Assembly: GCA_002327785.1 (NCBI GenBank)
Contig: DCUI01000269.1
Span: 7,095 to 71,094 of the forward strand
From: Phycisphaerales bacterium UBA2218
GTDB taxonomy: Bacteria > Planctomycetota > Phycisphaerae > Sedimentisphaerales > Anaerobacaceae
DNA length: 64,000 nucleotides
Reading direction: 5' to 3'
Below the pieces are notes generated by a model. That model was not told the origin of the DNA, searched no databases, and worked only from the letters and a program-made list of their open reading frames with translations. Positions within the stretch are counted from its first letter, which is position 1, and every line of letters starts with the position of its first letter. This document shows positions 29,281 through 40,500 of this stretch, piece after piece. The position numbers were made by a program, and so were the translations under genes.

Positions 29281-31227
29281 ATGTTCGTACCGCAGCGAGT
29301 CGGCAAATTCATCGGGAAAGCCCTGTCTTCGATCCTCGCGGGTTGCCTTTTCATCGTAACAACATCCGGCCTTTGTCCGGCGGGCCCGGAAGAGGCAGTA
29401 AGCCCTCATGTGACCGTCAGCCGCGATGCGGTCAACGGCGTATCCATCGAGCAGAGTGGCCGCAGGCTGGTCGTGTACGGCGATCCACACTCGTCCTGGA
29501 AAACGGCCGAGAGGGTGCTATTCACGCACAGCCGACGGGACGTCGCCTGGGCGGGCCGGGCTCTCGTGGACGGCGGGGCCGAATCGGTGGTCCCTGCCGA
29601 CGAGGCCGAGCAGTTCTCGAAGGTTGAGGACTTCTGGCCGGCCTTCTGGGACAAGCGGTTTCACGACTACGCCCAACAGAGCACACGCGTGCTCGTCTCG
29701 CCCATGCGAGTGAGCCGGACGGTGCGTGAAGGCGACAAGATCCTCTGGCAGGACCTGACTGTCCGTGTGCTGGACACGCCGGGGTATACGCAAGGGGCAG
29801 TCTCCTATCTGGTCGAGATCGATGGACTCAAGTACGCCTTCGTGGGCGATCTGATCTACGGAGATGGCCGCCTGCTGGACCTCTACAGTCTTCAGGACGC
29901 CGTGCCCCAGGCTCGCATTGGGGGATACCACGGCTACGCCGGCAGGATCGGCGATCACATCGCCAGCCTGCGGAAGGTGGCCGAACAGAAGCCGGATATC
30001 CTTGTCCCGGCGCGCGGGCCGATCATCCGAGAGCCGGCCGCGACTATCGACCGGCTGATTCGCAGGCTCCGGGCGACCTACGAGAACTACCTGTCGATCA
30101 GTGCGGGCCGGTGGTATTTTCGCGATCAGTACGACATCCTGGCCGTACGGGCGCTGGGCAGCCAGGGGCACGTTGAATGGATGCCCTACGCCGCAACCAT
30201 CGAGAAGACGCCGCCGGACTGGATCGTACCCATTCAGAACAGCCGGCTTGTCCTGGCGCACGACCGCTCCGGCTTTCTTATCGACTGTGGGTCGCGCAGC
30301 ATCATGGACGAACTCGGAAGACTCAGAACCCAGGGCCGGCTCACGTCCATCGACGGCTTGTTCATCACCCACTATCACGACGACCACACCGAGAAGATCA
30401 ACGAGTTCCTACGGGAGAACCGCTGCCCGGTCTACGCCACGCCGGTCATGGAGGATGTACTCAGGCAGCCTGGGGCATACCGATTGCCCGCGATGACCGC
30501 CAACGCGATTGACCGGCTCACGGTCGTCTCGGACGGACACCGCATGTCATGGAAGGAGTTCACGCTGACCTTCTACGACTTTCCGGGCCAGACCATTTAC
30601 CACGACGCCCTGCTGGTCGAGAGAAACGCAGGCGAAAGAATTTTCTTCATCGGCGACTCGTTCACGCCGTCGGGACTCGACGACTACTGCCTGCAGAACC
30701 GCAACCTGCTTGGTCCGGGCACAGGATACCTCTACTGTCTCGACCTTCTGCAGGACCGAGTCCCGGCCGATGCCCTGCTCATCAACGAGCACGTCCTGGA
30801 ACCCTTCCGTTTCGACGCCGGCCAAGTGGAACACATGGCGGAGACCTTTAGGCAGCGAGGCGAGCTGTTGCGAGAGCTTCTCCCTTGGGATGGACCCAAC
30901 TACGGAATAGACGAGCAATGGGCCCGTATCCATCCGTACGGACAGGAGGTCCGAGCGAGCCGGTGGGCAGATCTGGCCGTGAAGGTCCTCAATCATTCCC
31001 CCACGCGGAACACATTCACCGTGACGTTGAACGCGCCGGATGGCTGTGATGTCGAGCCTGCCAAGGCGTCTGTCACGACCCGCCCCGGCCAAGAAGTTGA
31101 GATTCCCTTCAGGCTGAAGGTAGGGACCCGGCCCGCCGGCTCGGTCTGCGTCGTCACAGCCGACATCCAGGTCGGGCCTTGGGATCTGCGGCAATGGTGC
31201 GAGGGCCTCGTGAAAGTGACGCCCTGA
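29281..31227 (+). CDS. Secreted MBL-fold metallo-hydrolase
   Basis: Signal peptide. HYHDDH (HxHxDH) at FITHYHDDHTEKI. The N-terminal half repeats an MBL-like fold. Confidence 0.7.
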   Translation: MFVPQRVGKFIGKALSSILAGCLFIVTTSGLCPAGPEEAVSPHVTVSRDAVNGVSIEQSGRRLVVYGDPHSSWKTAERVLFTHSRRDVAWAGRALVDGGAESVVPADEAEQFSKVEDFWPAFWDKRFHDYAQQSTRVLVSPMRVSRTVREGDKILWQDLTVRVLDTPGYTQGAVSYLVEIDGLKYAFVGDLIYGDGRLLDLYSLQDAVPQARIGGYHGYAGRIGDHIASLRKVAEQKPDILVPARGPIIREPAATIDRLIRRLRATYENYLSISAGRWYFRDQYDILAVRALGSQGHVEWMPYAATIEKTPPDWIVPIQNSRLVLAHDRSGFLIDCGSRSIMDELGRLRTQGRLTSIDGLFITHYHDDHTEKINEFLRENRCPVYATPVMEDVLRQPGAYRLPAMTANAIDRLTVVSDGHRMSWKEFTLTFYDFPGQTIYHDALLVERNAGERIFFIGDSFTPSGLDDYCLQNRNLLGPGTGYLYCLDLLQDRVPADALLINEHVLEPFRFDAGQVEHMAETFRQRGELLRELLPWDGPNYGIDEQWARIHPYGQEVRASRWADLAVKVLNHSPTRNTFTVTLNAPDGCDVEPAKASVTTRPGQEVEIPFRLKVGTRPAGSVCVVTADIQVGPWDLRQWCEGLVKVTP

Positions 31228-31245
31228 ATCCGGGCCTGACGCATG

Positions 31246-32394
31246 TCACTGGAACAGCTTCGGCGCCAGTTCGCCCAGGTAAACCCGCCAGACGGGCCAA
31301 CTGTGGTTGCCCTCGGTCAAATGCCACTCGTGCCGGATGTTCCTGTCCTTGAGCATCGCGATGAAGTCCTCGTTGCGCTTGAGCAGAAAATCATCCTTGC
31401 CGCAGGCGATCCAGAGCAGCTTGAGCTTCTGGTTTGTCGCCTCCGGGTTGTCCAGGGCATCGGCCACAGTTTCGCGAGATGGGGCCGAGGCACTGAAACC
31501 CGCGACCCAGGCAAACCGATCCAGATTGTTCAGGCCGATCGTGAGCGACTGGCCGCCGCCCATGCTCAGACCGGCGATGCAGCGACCGGCGGCGTCGGTC
31601 TTCACACGGTAGTTGGCCTCGACAAAAGGCATGACGTCCCGGAGCAGGTCGCGCTCGAAGGCTCCCGTATTGCCCTGCGGACCCGACACCGAGCGGTCGC
31701 CGGCGTGGCCGTCCATCGTGACCACCACCATAGGCCGGGCCTTGTCTTGGGCGATCAGGTTGTCGAGAATCCAGTGGGCCTTGCCATGGACAACCCAGGT
31801 GGCTTGGTTGTCACCGCTGCCGTGCTGGAGATAGAGCGTCGGGAAGCAGGCGTCCGCCTGCTGGTCGTACCCCGGCGGCGTGTAGACGGCGAGCTCACGC
31901 TGACGGTTGAGCGACTTCGAGAAGTAGCTGTGACTATGCACGACGCCGTGAGGGACATCCTGGAAGTCGTGCAGCAGCGGCGGCCGGCCGGGGATGTGCA
32001 GAATGCTCGTTCGCGGCTCGCGCATCGGTTTGATCGCCGGATTGCCGGGGTCGATCATCTGCAGGCCGTCCACGCGGAAGCTGTACTCCCAGACGCCCGG
32101 CGCGATGGGTCCCACCGTGGCGCTCCACACGTCGCCCTCGCCTTGGGTCATCGCCACGGCGTCGCCGCCCCACTGGCCGGCAACAACAACCTCCATGGCC
32201 TTGGACGCCCGGAGCCGGAAGGTCACTCGCCCATCCATAGCCACCTCCGGCGATTGCGTGGAAACGGATGCACGCGGCCGCCTCGCGTCGGCGCCCGATT
32301 GCGCAACACCGGGGGTTTCAGATGCGAGCACAATGACCAACATGACTGACAGAAGAAGCGGACAGGAGCGGGTGAACATCGTGGTCATCTCCAT
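31246..32394 (-). CDS. Secreted esterase (alpha/beta hydrolase; esterase-D/CE1-like with an N-terminal Ig-like domain)
   Basis: Signal peptide. GLSMGGGQS nucleophile elbow. YLQHGSGDN, and HSW near the C-terminus. Confidence 0.7.
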   Translation of the reverse strand: MEMTTMFTRSCPLLLSVMLVIVLASETPGVAQSGADARRPRASVSTQSPEVAMDGRVTFRLRASKAMEVVVAGQWGGDAVAMTQGEGDVWSATVGPIAPGVWEYSFRVDGLQMIDPGNPAIKPMREPRTSILHIPGRPPLLHDFQDVPHGVVHSHSYFSKSLNRQRELAVYTPPGYDQQADACFPTLYLQHGSGDNQATWVVHGKAHWILDNLIAQDKARPMVVVTMDGHAGDRSVSGPQGNTGAFERDLLRDVMPFVEANYRVKTDAAGRCIAGLSMGGGQSLTIGLNNLDRFAWVAGFSASAPSRETVADALDNPEATNQKLKLLWIACGKDDFLLKRNEDFIAMLKDRNIRHEWHLTEGNHSWPVWRVYLGELAPKLFQ

Positions 32395-32575
32395 TCACAG
32401 CGGTCTTAGCTTGACTCGTGCACCACGTGCGGCACTGAACACAGTGACGGGATTCTACCACACTTGCCTCCCGAGAAAAATAGTGTGTTTCCTTGCGAAT
32501 TTGGTATGCTGAGGGTCTCGTTTCCGCGTGGGCGGCCAAACGGGCGACGGTGATACCGGTGTGGAGGTCGAATCT

Positions 32576-33841
32576 ATGGTTGTCCTGAGAAAACGATTGA
32601 TTCTGTCGATTCTGGTCATTTCCCTTGTCATGGCATCCGCGGGTTGGGCAGAAGACTGGCCGTGCTTTCGTGGGCCGGGCCGGCAAGGCGTCTCACAGGA
32701 AAAGGACATACCAACCCAGTGGAGCGCCACGTCGAATCTCAGGTGGAAAACGCCCATCCCCGGCGAGGGCTGGTCGTCTCCCATCGTATTCGGCAACCGC
32801 ATATTCGTGACAACCGCAACCGACGGCGGCAAATCGCTCCATCTGATCCGCTTGGATCGCAAAGAGGGAGGAGTCATCTGGGACAGGGAGGTCACGCGAC
32901 AGGAACCCAAATACAAGCAACGGCCCAACTCCTACGCTACCTCTACGCCGGTCACGGACGGCCAAAGGGTATACATGATCGCCTGCGATGGGCGGATTCT
33001 GGCGGCGGACATGGATGGAACGGTCGTCTGGACGAACGGCGATTTCGATTACTACAGCCAGCACGGACTGGCTGTCTCGCCTGTGCTCTATGAGGACCTC
33101 GTCATCGTCGTATTCGACTGGAGCAGCCCGGGGCCCGAAAAGAAGGTGGGCTGGGAAATCCCGTGGGACAAGGCCGTGATTCTGGCGTTGGACAAAGACA
33201 CCGGAACCGTGCGGTGGAAGGGCAGTCGGGGCAGTTCCCAGATCGCCCACGCCACGCCGCAAATCGCCACCGTGGACGGCCGCGACCAGCTCGTCAGCAG
33301 TGCCGGCAGCGTCGTGCAAGGATTCGACCTCAAGACGGGTGAGCGGCTCTGGACCGTGTCCAGCCCGGGCGAAGGCGTAGTGCCCTCCGTCGTGGTCGGC
33401 GACGGCATGGCGTTCACGGCGTCCGGTTTCCGCCAGGAGACCATCCTTGCGGTCCGGCTGGGCGGCCGCGGCGACATCACACAGACCCACGTCGCATGGC
33501 GAGTGACTGAGGGGGTCCCCCACGTTCCATCGATGCTCTATGTCTCGCCTCGCCTGTACTCAGTCTCGGATGAAGGCATTGTCAATTGCATCGAGGGGAC
33601 CACCGGCAAGATCCTCTGGCGAGAGCGGCTCGGCGGCAAGTTCTCCGTCTCCCCGGTCTACGCCGACGGCAAGGTCTACTTCCTCTCGGAGAAGGGTAAG
33701 GCAACCGTCATTGAGGAAGGGCCGCAGTTCAAAGCCCTGGCTGAGAATGAGCTGGGCGAGACCTGCTGCGCCAGTCCCGCAATCTCGCAGGGCAATCTCT
33801 TCATCCGGACCGAGAAGACGCTCTACTGCATCGGCAAATGA
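32576..33841 (+). CDS. PQQ-like beta-propeller repeat protein (BamB-like fold), secreted
   Basis: Signal peptide MVVLRKRLILSILVISLVMASAGWA, then DWPCFRGPGRQG...WKTPIPGEGWSSPIVFGNRIFV and repeated propeller blades. The track ORF start at 32528 is probably an extension. Confidence 0.7.
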   Translation: MVVLRKRLILSILVISLVMASAGWAEDWPCFRGPGRQGVSQEKDIPTQWSATSNLRWKTPIPGEGWSSPIVFGNRIFVTTATDGGKSLHLIRLDRKEGGVIWDREVTRQEPKYKQRPNSYATSTPVTDGQRVYMIACDGRILAADMDGTVVWTNGDFDYYSQHGLAVSPVLYEDLVIVVFDWSSPGPEKKVGWEIPWDKAVILALDKDTGTVRWKGSRGSSQIAHATPQIATVDGRDQLVSSAGSVVQGFDLKTGERLWTVSSPGEGVVPSVVVGDGMAFTASGFRQETILAVRLGGRGDITQTHVAWRVTEGVPHVPSMLYVSPRLYSVSDEGIVNCIEGTTGKILWRERLGGKFSVSPVYADGKVYFLSEKGKATVIEEGPQFKALAENELGETCCASPAISQGNLFIRTEKTLYCIGK

Positions 33842-33857
33842 TGCTGATCAGCATTCG

Positions 33858-35462
33858 TCACTCGCGGCCGGCCAAGTAGGGCGTGGTGCCCTGGGGGGCC
33901 GTATCCGCTTTCGGCGTGGCCATCGTGATGGGCATCTCGACGGAAACCTTCCGAGAGCTTCGCACAACCCGGCCAAGAGATTCCTTGGCGACGCGGACGG
34001 GCTCTGTCACAAGCTCCGGAACGCTGTACGTCCACAGACACGAGTTGTAGTCCGTCGGGTCCCACTGGGGCAGGATGAACGGCTTGTGGGCTGTGCCGTT
34101 GGGATCGACGTAGCTGATATACGTCCGAGTGAAGACGCCATCGTCCCTCTTGCTGCTAAACGCGATCCACCGGCTGTTCGAGGACCAACCGTGCCAACTC
34201 TCGCTCTCGTCGCTGTTGATCTCCAGGCGGCGAGCCTCATGGCGACCGGTCTGCCGGGCGGCTTCGAGGTCGATCATATACAGATCACTGCTCTGCCGAT
34301 AGGCGGGGAAACAGCCGTAGTCGCATAGGGACAGCAGTAGCCATCGCCCGTCCGGACTGATCCGCGGCAAGAGAATACTCCGGCCGATCTCGCGGGCTGC
34401 CACAACCGTCTCGACCTGTCCCCATGTGTCCCGGTCCGAATCATAGGGAATCCGGACCAGGTCATATTTGATCTCGTCGTATCGTTCCGGGATTACATTT
34501 CGCGCCGTCCAGGTCAGCGGCGCACTGCAGAAGTACAAGAAGCGACCGTCGGGCGACCAGGTCGGGTACGTCTCCAGGCGATCTTTCCTTGCGAGGTCCG
34601 GCGCCGTCTTGATCTTCCGCGATCCCGTGTCATAATACGCCAGCAGCGAATCGAGATCGATCACGTCGCGGACTTCCTCGCTCGCCGAGTGGGGGAACAG
34701 GGCCACTTTCATGCTGGTATAGACGAGGACCTTCCCACTCGGGTGCCAGGAGGCGTAGCCGAACGTGGAGCCGACCTTCTCGGTCCTGCCATCCTTGAGA
34801 ATGACGGCGGAATTGCCGTAGTCACCGCTTCGCGTGCTGACCAGCATCGTATCGGTGCGATTGTTGCGGAACGTGTGGCAGTTGACGCACCCGCCGCGAA
34901 AGTAGTCATTCGTCAGGACGGTCGATTCATCAAAGGTCCGCAGATCCCGCTGGTAGATCCCCATATCGCGCCACGCGGAATGGGCCGGGTGGATTTTGCG
35001 GTAAACGAGATAGCCGTCGATATCCTCGTTGGCGACGCTCGTGCCAAACGCATTGAATCGCTGCCACTGGGGGCCCTGACCGTTTGCAGCATCGGACAGG
35101 ACAAGTACTTCACAAGTGAGCTCCCGCCCCTTATTTGCCGACAGTAGCTTGTGCCACGGCTTCTCCGGGATCATGATCTTCGGCGAGCGGCTGTCAATCT
35201 CGATCGGGCCGCCCTGCTCCGACGCGATCCGAACCTGGTAACGTCGTCCGCTCTCCCGGACGACGAAATTCAGGGGGGCGATGTTCGGCGGAACAACCGA
35301 ATCGGCATAGTCCGGCTCGACCCGGGGAGGCCGCCCGGCAGGCGAAGCCCGCTCTGAGGTAGTGAACGAGCCGGAGGCAGCAAGGCACGCGATGCAGGTC
35401 GTCAGTAGAATCGATCCCGCCGCGAAGGCCATCAGGAAATATCGATTGCGTCTCTTCATCAT
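33858..35462 (-). CDS. Periplasmic TolB/PD40-like beta-propeller protein with a single CxxCH heme-c motif
   Basis: Start MMKRRNRYFLMAFAAGSILL (signal anchor). GGCVNCHTF. PD40-like blades: ASWHPSGKV, TWSPDGRFLYF, ISPDGRWLL, WSSNSRWIAFSS. Its ATG overlaps the upstream stop (ATGA at 35459-35462). Confidence 0.65.
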   Translation of the reverse strand: MMKRRNRYFLMAFAAGSILLTTCIACLAASGSFTTSERASPAGRPPRVEPDYADSVVPPNIAPLNFVVRESGRRYQVRIASEQGGPIEIDSRSPKIMIPEKPWHKLLSANKGRELTCEVLVLSDAANGQGPQWQRFNAFGTSVANEDIDGYLVYRKIHPAHSAWRDMGIYQRDLRTFDESTVLTNDYFRGGCVNCHTFRNNRTDTMLVSTRSGDYGNSAVILKDGRTEKVGSTFGYASWHPSGKVLVYTSMKVALFPHSASEEVRDVIDLDSLLAYYDTGSRKIKTAPDLARKDRLETYPTWSPDGRFLYFCSAPLTWTARNVIPERYDEIKYDLVRIPYDSDRDTWGQVETVVAAREIGRSILLPRISPDGRWLLLSLCDYGCFPAYRQSSDLYMIDLEAARQTGRHEARRLEINSDESESWHGWSSNSRWIAFSSKRDDGVFTRTYISYVDPNGTAHKPFILPQWDPTDYNSCLWTYSVPELVTEPVRVAKESLGRVVRSSRKVSVEMPITMATPKADTAPQGTTPYLAGRE

Positions 35463-37528
35463 CGGTTCGCCACCCGGGTGCAGAAGTAGTAAAAAAAATA
35501 GCTTCCGCGATAGTCCCTCGCCAACTCGGCGACAGCGGCGGCCCTGTCGTTGCCGTGCCTGTTGACGACGCTGCTGAAATGTTTCATTCGCCGATCCATT
35601 TCGGGACTGATCGACCGACCATGCAGATCGACCGGCTTGCCCGTGCCATAAGCGTAGATGAGGATCGCCTCCTGGCACAAAGGCGGGATCTCGGTGTAGC
35701 CGAACTCATCCAGTCGCTCGATCTGCTGCACGATTCTGCCCAACTGTCCCTTCAGCAGATGCCACGCCATCAGGTACTTGAAGGCCATCCGGTTAGGGGG
35801 GGGCGATACACTGTTCGGTGGTTGCGGCCCGATGCCGCCGCCCTGCTCGACCAAAGCGGTTAGCAGCGCCTCTTCCGCGTAGAATAGCGCCGGCGAATCC
35901 TTCCTCAGACGCTGGACTCGCAGGCGCTGGATCTCGGCGTCGCCGGAGAGATTCGGATCGGCGTCAAGATGTGCAAGACATTCGCTCGCCCCACGACGAT
36001 GAAAGAGCGTCTTCTCAAGACGCCCCAAGTAGATCCGGGCCGCGTCGGCCCTTCCTTTGACCAGGTTGACCTTCGCCAGGCGTTCCAGGATCAACGGGTG
36101 TTCGCCGAACGTCTCCAGGCATTCGGTCAGGTTCTTCTCGGCCAGATTCACCAGTCCCAGGTCGATCAGCGTATCGAATACGTGCCAATAGAGCACGACG
36201 TGATCGTCGCCCGTGCGGAGCAGTCCGTCCGGCTGCTGCGCGTACAGGAACATGTCCCGGTCGAGTCGACCAGTGTAATACAGGGCTCGGTTGATCGCAT
36301 TAATGGCATCGAGGCTGCTGGGACAATGGCGGGCGGCCGTGAGGACCTGGAGCCACATCCGTCGGCAGGCGTAGTGATGGACCGCGAGCAACGCCTTCTG
36401 TCTGCCGTCCAGTGAGGATACGACCGCCGTCCCGCCGGCCGCAAACAACACGACTGTTCCAAAGGCCCACTGGACCGCCGGTTTCGTGATCCAGCGAACG
36501 GGCGAACCCCTGCGGGACTTGTCTGGTCCCGCGCGTCGTCCTTTGGGCGGTTTCTCCGGCGGCTCCTCGCCTGCCTCTCGGCGGCGCAATCGAGCGGATA
36601 GAATGTGTCCCAATCCCCCGGCCAGCACGCCCACGAGCGGAAACAGGTACACCACATATACGGCCGCGACCATCTTCTCCCGCGTGGTCCAGCCGAGGAC
36701 CCGCCAGGATATCGGCAGCATCTCCGTGTAGGCATTGACGAGGCTGATGCGGAATCCGAGTACGCCTGCGACGTAGGGCAGCGCGGCGGCAACCGGTAGA
36801 TAGAACCCGACGCAGCGCCATCGCTTGCGGCAAAGCTCGCAGGCGATGCACAGTCCGGCAAACGGCAGGAATGCGGCCGCACCAACGACGTACAGAATGA
36901 CCGACAACAGAAGATAGACGACGCCATCGCGCAACCCGCATGGTTGTGCGAGAGCATTCCGCCTGCAGGTGAGCCTCACGTAAAGACAGCCAAAGGCGAG
37001 CGATGCCAGAGCCCCCATAAACAGGGGAAGGTGATAACTGTACCGGCAATATGCAATGAGCACGAAGATCGCGGGCACAAATCGCAGCAGGCGAGCCCCG
37101 GGCACCCGTACAACCCGCAGCAGATATCCTGTACAGGCCGAAATCGCCCATGCCTGAATGGTGATGACGGCCGCCCCGGCCCAGGAATATTCGAGAAACT
37201 GGGAAACGAAGGCCGACACGTACTTGATGAGGCCGCCGGGGCATGACACCCTCTCAAGAAAGAACGGCCATCCTCTGTAGAAGACCGGGAAGTTCGTGAT
37301 CGTTCCGCAACTGTAGATCAGGCACGGCTCGACCCATAGCCACACATACAGATAGGAGAAAGCGAAGAACAGAACGGACCGTACGGCATCACCACCATGA
37401 CGACCCGGGACCGATCCCTCAGAGGAATCACTCGTATGAGTGTCCACAGATTTTCGCCCGGCGGTTATCGTCATGCTGGTCTGCCCCTCTATCTGCCAGA
37501 ACGCGTCCGGCGCCCCTGCCAGCCTCAC
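35459..37528 (-). CDS. Polytopic membrane protein with a C-terminal helical-repeat domain (possibly DUF6057-like)
   Basis: About 9-10 hydrophobic segments in the first ~330 aa, a basic linker, one more TM, then a ~330-aa soluble helical domain ending GSYFFYYFCTR. GTG 37528 overlaps the upstream stop (GTGA). ATG at 37474 is an alternative start. The family name is from memory only. Confidence 0.55.
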   Translation of the reverse strand: MRLAGAPDAFWQIEGQTSMTITAGRKSVDTHTSDSSEGSVPGRHGGDAVRSVLFFAFSYLYVWLWVEPCLIYSCGTITNFPVFYRGWPFFLERVSCPGGLIKYVSAFVSQFLEYSWAGAAVITIQAWAISACTGYLLRVVRVPGARLLRFVPAIFVLIAYCRYSYHLPLFMGALASLAFGCLYVRLTCRRNALAQPCGLRDGVVYLLLSVILYVVGAAAFLPFAGLCIACELCRKRWRCVGFYLPVAAALPYVAGVLGFRISLVNAYTEMLPISWRVLGWTTREKMVAAVYVVYLFPLVGVLAGGLGHILSARLRRREAGEEPPEKPPKGRRAGPDKSRRGSPVRWITKPAVQWAFGTVVLFAAGGTAVVSSLDGRQKALLAVHHYACRRMWLQVLTAARHCPSSLDAINAINRALYYTGRLDRDMFLYAQQPDGLLRTGDDHVVLYWHVFDTLIDLGLVNLAEKNLTECLETFGEHPLILERLAKVNLVKGRADAARIYLGRLEKTLFHRRGASECLAHLDADPNLSGDAEIQRLRVQRLRKDSPALFYAEEALLTALVEQGGGIGPQPPNSVSPPPNRMAFKYLMAWHLLKGQLGRIVQQIERLDEFGYTEIPPLCQEAILIYAYGTGKPVDLHGRSISPEMDRRMKHFSSVVNRHGNDRAAAVAELARDYRGSYFFYYFCTRVANR

Positions 37529-40500
37529 TTCTGCTTCAATTCAGCCGCCTGGATTCCAGCCCAGACATGGCTGACGTTGAGTTTCGCGGCCATCTCGAAC
37601 TCACTGCGTGCCGAGATGAGATCTCCCTTGCCCAGATAGCCCAAGCCCAGAGTATAATGGGCGGACGCCTCCTGGACCTGCCGAGTCTGCCGCTCGCCAA
37701 ACTTGGCAAAGAAGTCTGCGGCCTCCCCTCGTGCGAGACGCTCCGTGCCGGTCTTGATGAGTTCCTCGAAGTCGGCAACCGCCTCGGTCTCGCGATCCAG
37801 CTTCTTCAAGCATAGGGCCCGGTAGAAGCGCGCGTCCGGCGAGCGGAATCCCCCCTGTTGTCCCACTGCGTCTACAAAGCATAGCCTGGCCTTCACCGGG
37901 TCGCCGATCGCCTCATGGGCACAGCCGGTGTAGTAGGCAAACTGTGCTGCGCGAGGATCGTTCTTCGGCTTGCCGACGGAGAGGTTCTCGGGGTATTCGG
38001 CCGCCGCCAGGAAATCGGCAAGAGCCTCTTTGGGATGGTCCGCCTTGAGCCGACTGATGCCACGCAGCAGATGGGCATCCACGTACACATCACGGATCTC
38101 GCCGCCGCCCTCGCGGACATGGAAGTGCTGCTTGGCGAGCGCGTCGACCGCCTCATCGTATCGCCCGGCCAGGACCAGCACCATGATCTTACGCAGGTAG
38201 CTATCGTTGCGTTTGACGACGACGGCCTGATGTTTCTCCATGAGATCCAGACGCTTCTCGACGTCCGCATTGCCCAGCTCATAGAGCTCATCCAACTCCG
38301 TGAGCAGCCGCGGGTCACGGCCATTGTGGGAGACCGCCCGTTCGTAGCAGTTGATGGCCTTGGGGACATCGTTTTTCGTCCGGTAGTAGGCCCAGCCGAG
38401 ATTCCGATGCGCCATGGCGAACGTGCCGTCGATGGCAAGCGACCTTTCCCAGCACTCGATGGCCTTCTCGGGCTGGAGCTCGTAGAGCAGGTTCCCAAGG
38501 TAGTAATGCGCTTTGGCGTCGGTGGAGTTGCGGGCAATCGCGGCCCTGAGGACCTCCGCCGATTCGGCCCGGAATGGGAAGCAGTAGTCGCCGGGCATCC
38601 TGCCGGCCTGAGAGTACAACTCCTCCGCCAGCTTGACATCGCCCTTTTGCGTATGGAGAAACCCAAGGTAGTAGTACACCAGCGGCGAGCTGCCTGCGAG
38701 GTCGGTCTTGTCGCGGGCCGCGCGGATCAGGACCTCGATCGCATCATCCCAGAGCCCCCAGCTCATGTAATCGGTTGCAAGCTCCAGGTATGCCTGGAGA
38801 TCGCGGCGTATGGCCGTCTCCAGGTCTTGTAGCGTCGTTTCAGCCTGACGCCGGGAGCCGGACTTCCGCTGGGCCAGCAGCAACTCGTTCATCGCCAGGA
38901 AATCCAACGGGTCCTTGTCGAGCACACCGGCCAGGACGTTCATCGCCTGTTTCAGCTTCCCCAGACGGGTGAGGATCGCGGCCTTGAGGTCCAGGGCCTT
39001 GCTATCCAGCGCGTTCGTAATCAGAGACTGGTCGATCTGTTCGAGGGCGGTAGCGAACTGTCCCTTTCGACAGGATAGTTCCGCCAACTGGTAGTAAGCC
39101 GCAGCGCGGAACGCATAATCCCACGAGGCGCGATAGAACCAGTCGTAGGCTTCATCGAGCTTGCCTTGCGCTCGCAGGGCCAGGCCCAGATGATAGAGGG
39201 CCTCGGTGTCGCCCGGCCGGGTGTACTCGGCCGAGAGCCGTTCGACGGCGCGACGCAGGTGCTCCTCGGCCTCGTCGTACACACCCCGCCTGCTGTAGGT
39301 GACTCCGACAATCGTGTTCGTCCGCGCGTCGTTCGGGTCACGTCGCAGGGCCTCTTCGTAATAGTCGAACGGGTTGACGCGAGGATTATGAATCTGCTCG
39401 ATGCGAAGACCCGTCAGGTACAGTTCCTCCACCGTCTTGACATCCTTTGGGGCCGCCGGCGGTTTGACCGTCGCCGGCAGATTCGGGTCATAGGCGATAT
39501 CCACGGGCTGATACGAGATCAGCGTATCACCCGACTTGGTAAGCAGGATGGCCGTCAGATCGGTCTTGCGAGTTCCCGCAGGCACAGTGACCTCCGTCAC
39601 GAACGGCTTGTCCGGACTGATGGAAATCGTCTGCTCCAGAAGCGTCTGCTCTCCTGCCTTCAGGATAGCCATGGCCTTGTCGTATCGGGCCGTGGCGTTG
39701 AATCCGAGCCTTGCCTTGCCGTCGGCGGCAAGCTCCAGGTTCACGGCGCCCTGCGTGTTCGCCTTCTTGAACCCACCGATGTCGCGGACCGGATACCAGT
39801 ACTGCTTAAACGCCTTGACCTCATGGGGCTTGATCCAACTGTAGTCCGGCTGGTTATCGGAGAAGGCCCCGACCATCAGCTCGGCGTACGGGCCATCGGC
39901 GTCGGTGAGAATCTTGTCCCACATTCGACCGGTCGGCCCGGGGCTCCACTCCCAGAGCTTGGCCCCGCAGACGACATGGTGGTCGCCGATATGGACGACG
40001 CCGGCCCGCTTGCCATGGTCGTAGCCGCCCATGAAATCCTCCTGGAGGTCCCAGGCAAAGAACGACACGGGCTCCGGATGGTTTTCCCACCAGGAGAGGT
40101 CCACCCCTCGGTAATCGACGCCGCGATAGCGCTCATTCGCCATCGGCCAATGCGCAAAGTCGTTCTTCGAGTGATATGTCGCAGCCGTGACACTGGGCGG
40201 GAAGAGCACCCGGTAATCGTCGTTGACGTGCACGGCGACATTCGCCCAATAGAGGATCGAGTGCGGATACGCCGTCCGATTGTCCAACTTGACTGTCGCC
40301 TCGATGTAGGATTTGCCCGGATAGAGAGTGACGCCGATGAGCCATTTCATCCGGTGCCGCCGCTCGGTCTCGCCGAACCAGATGGTCTTGCTGCCGTCGT
40401 CGTTCGATGCGAGCGCATAGTCCACCGGCATCTGGGTCGTGTTGCGATGATGGTGGAAGACGCACCACTCGATGCCGCCGGAGATCCAGGCGCCGAGCAT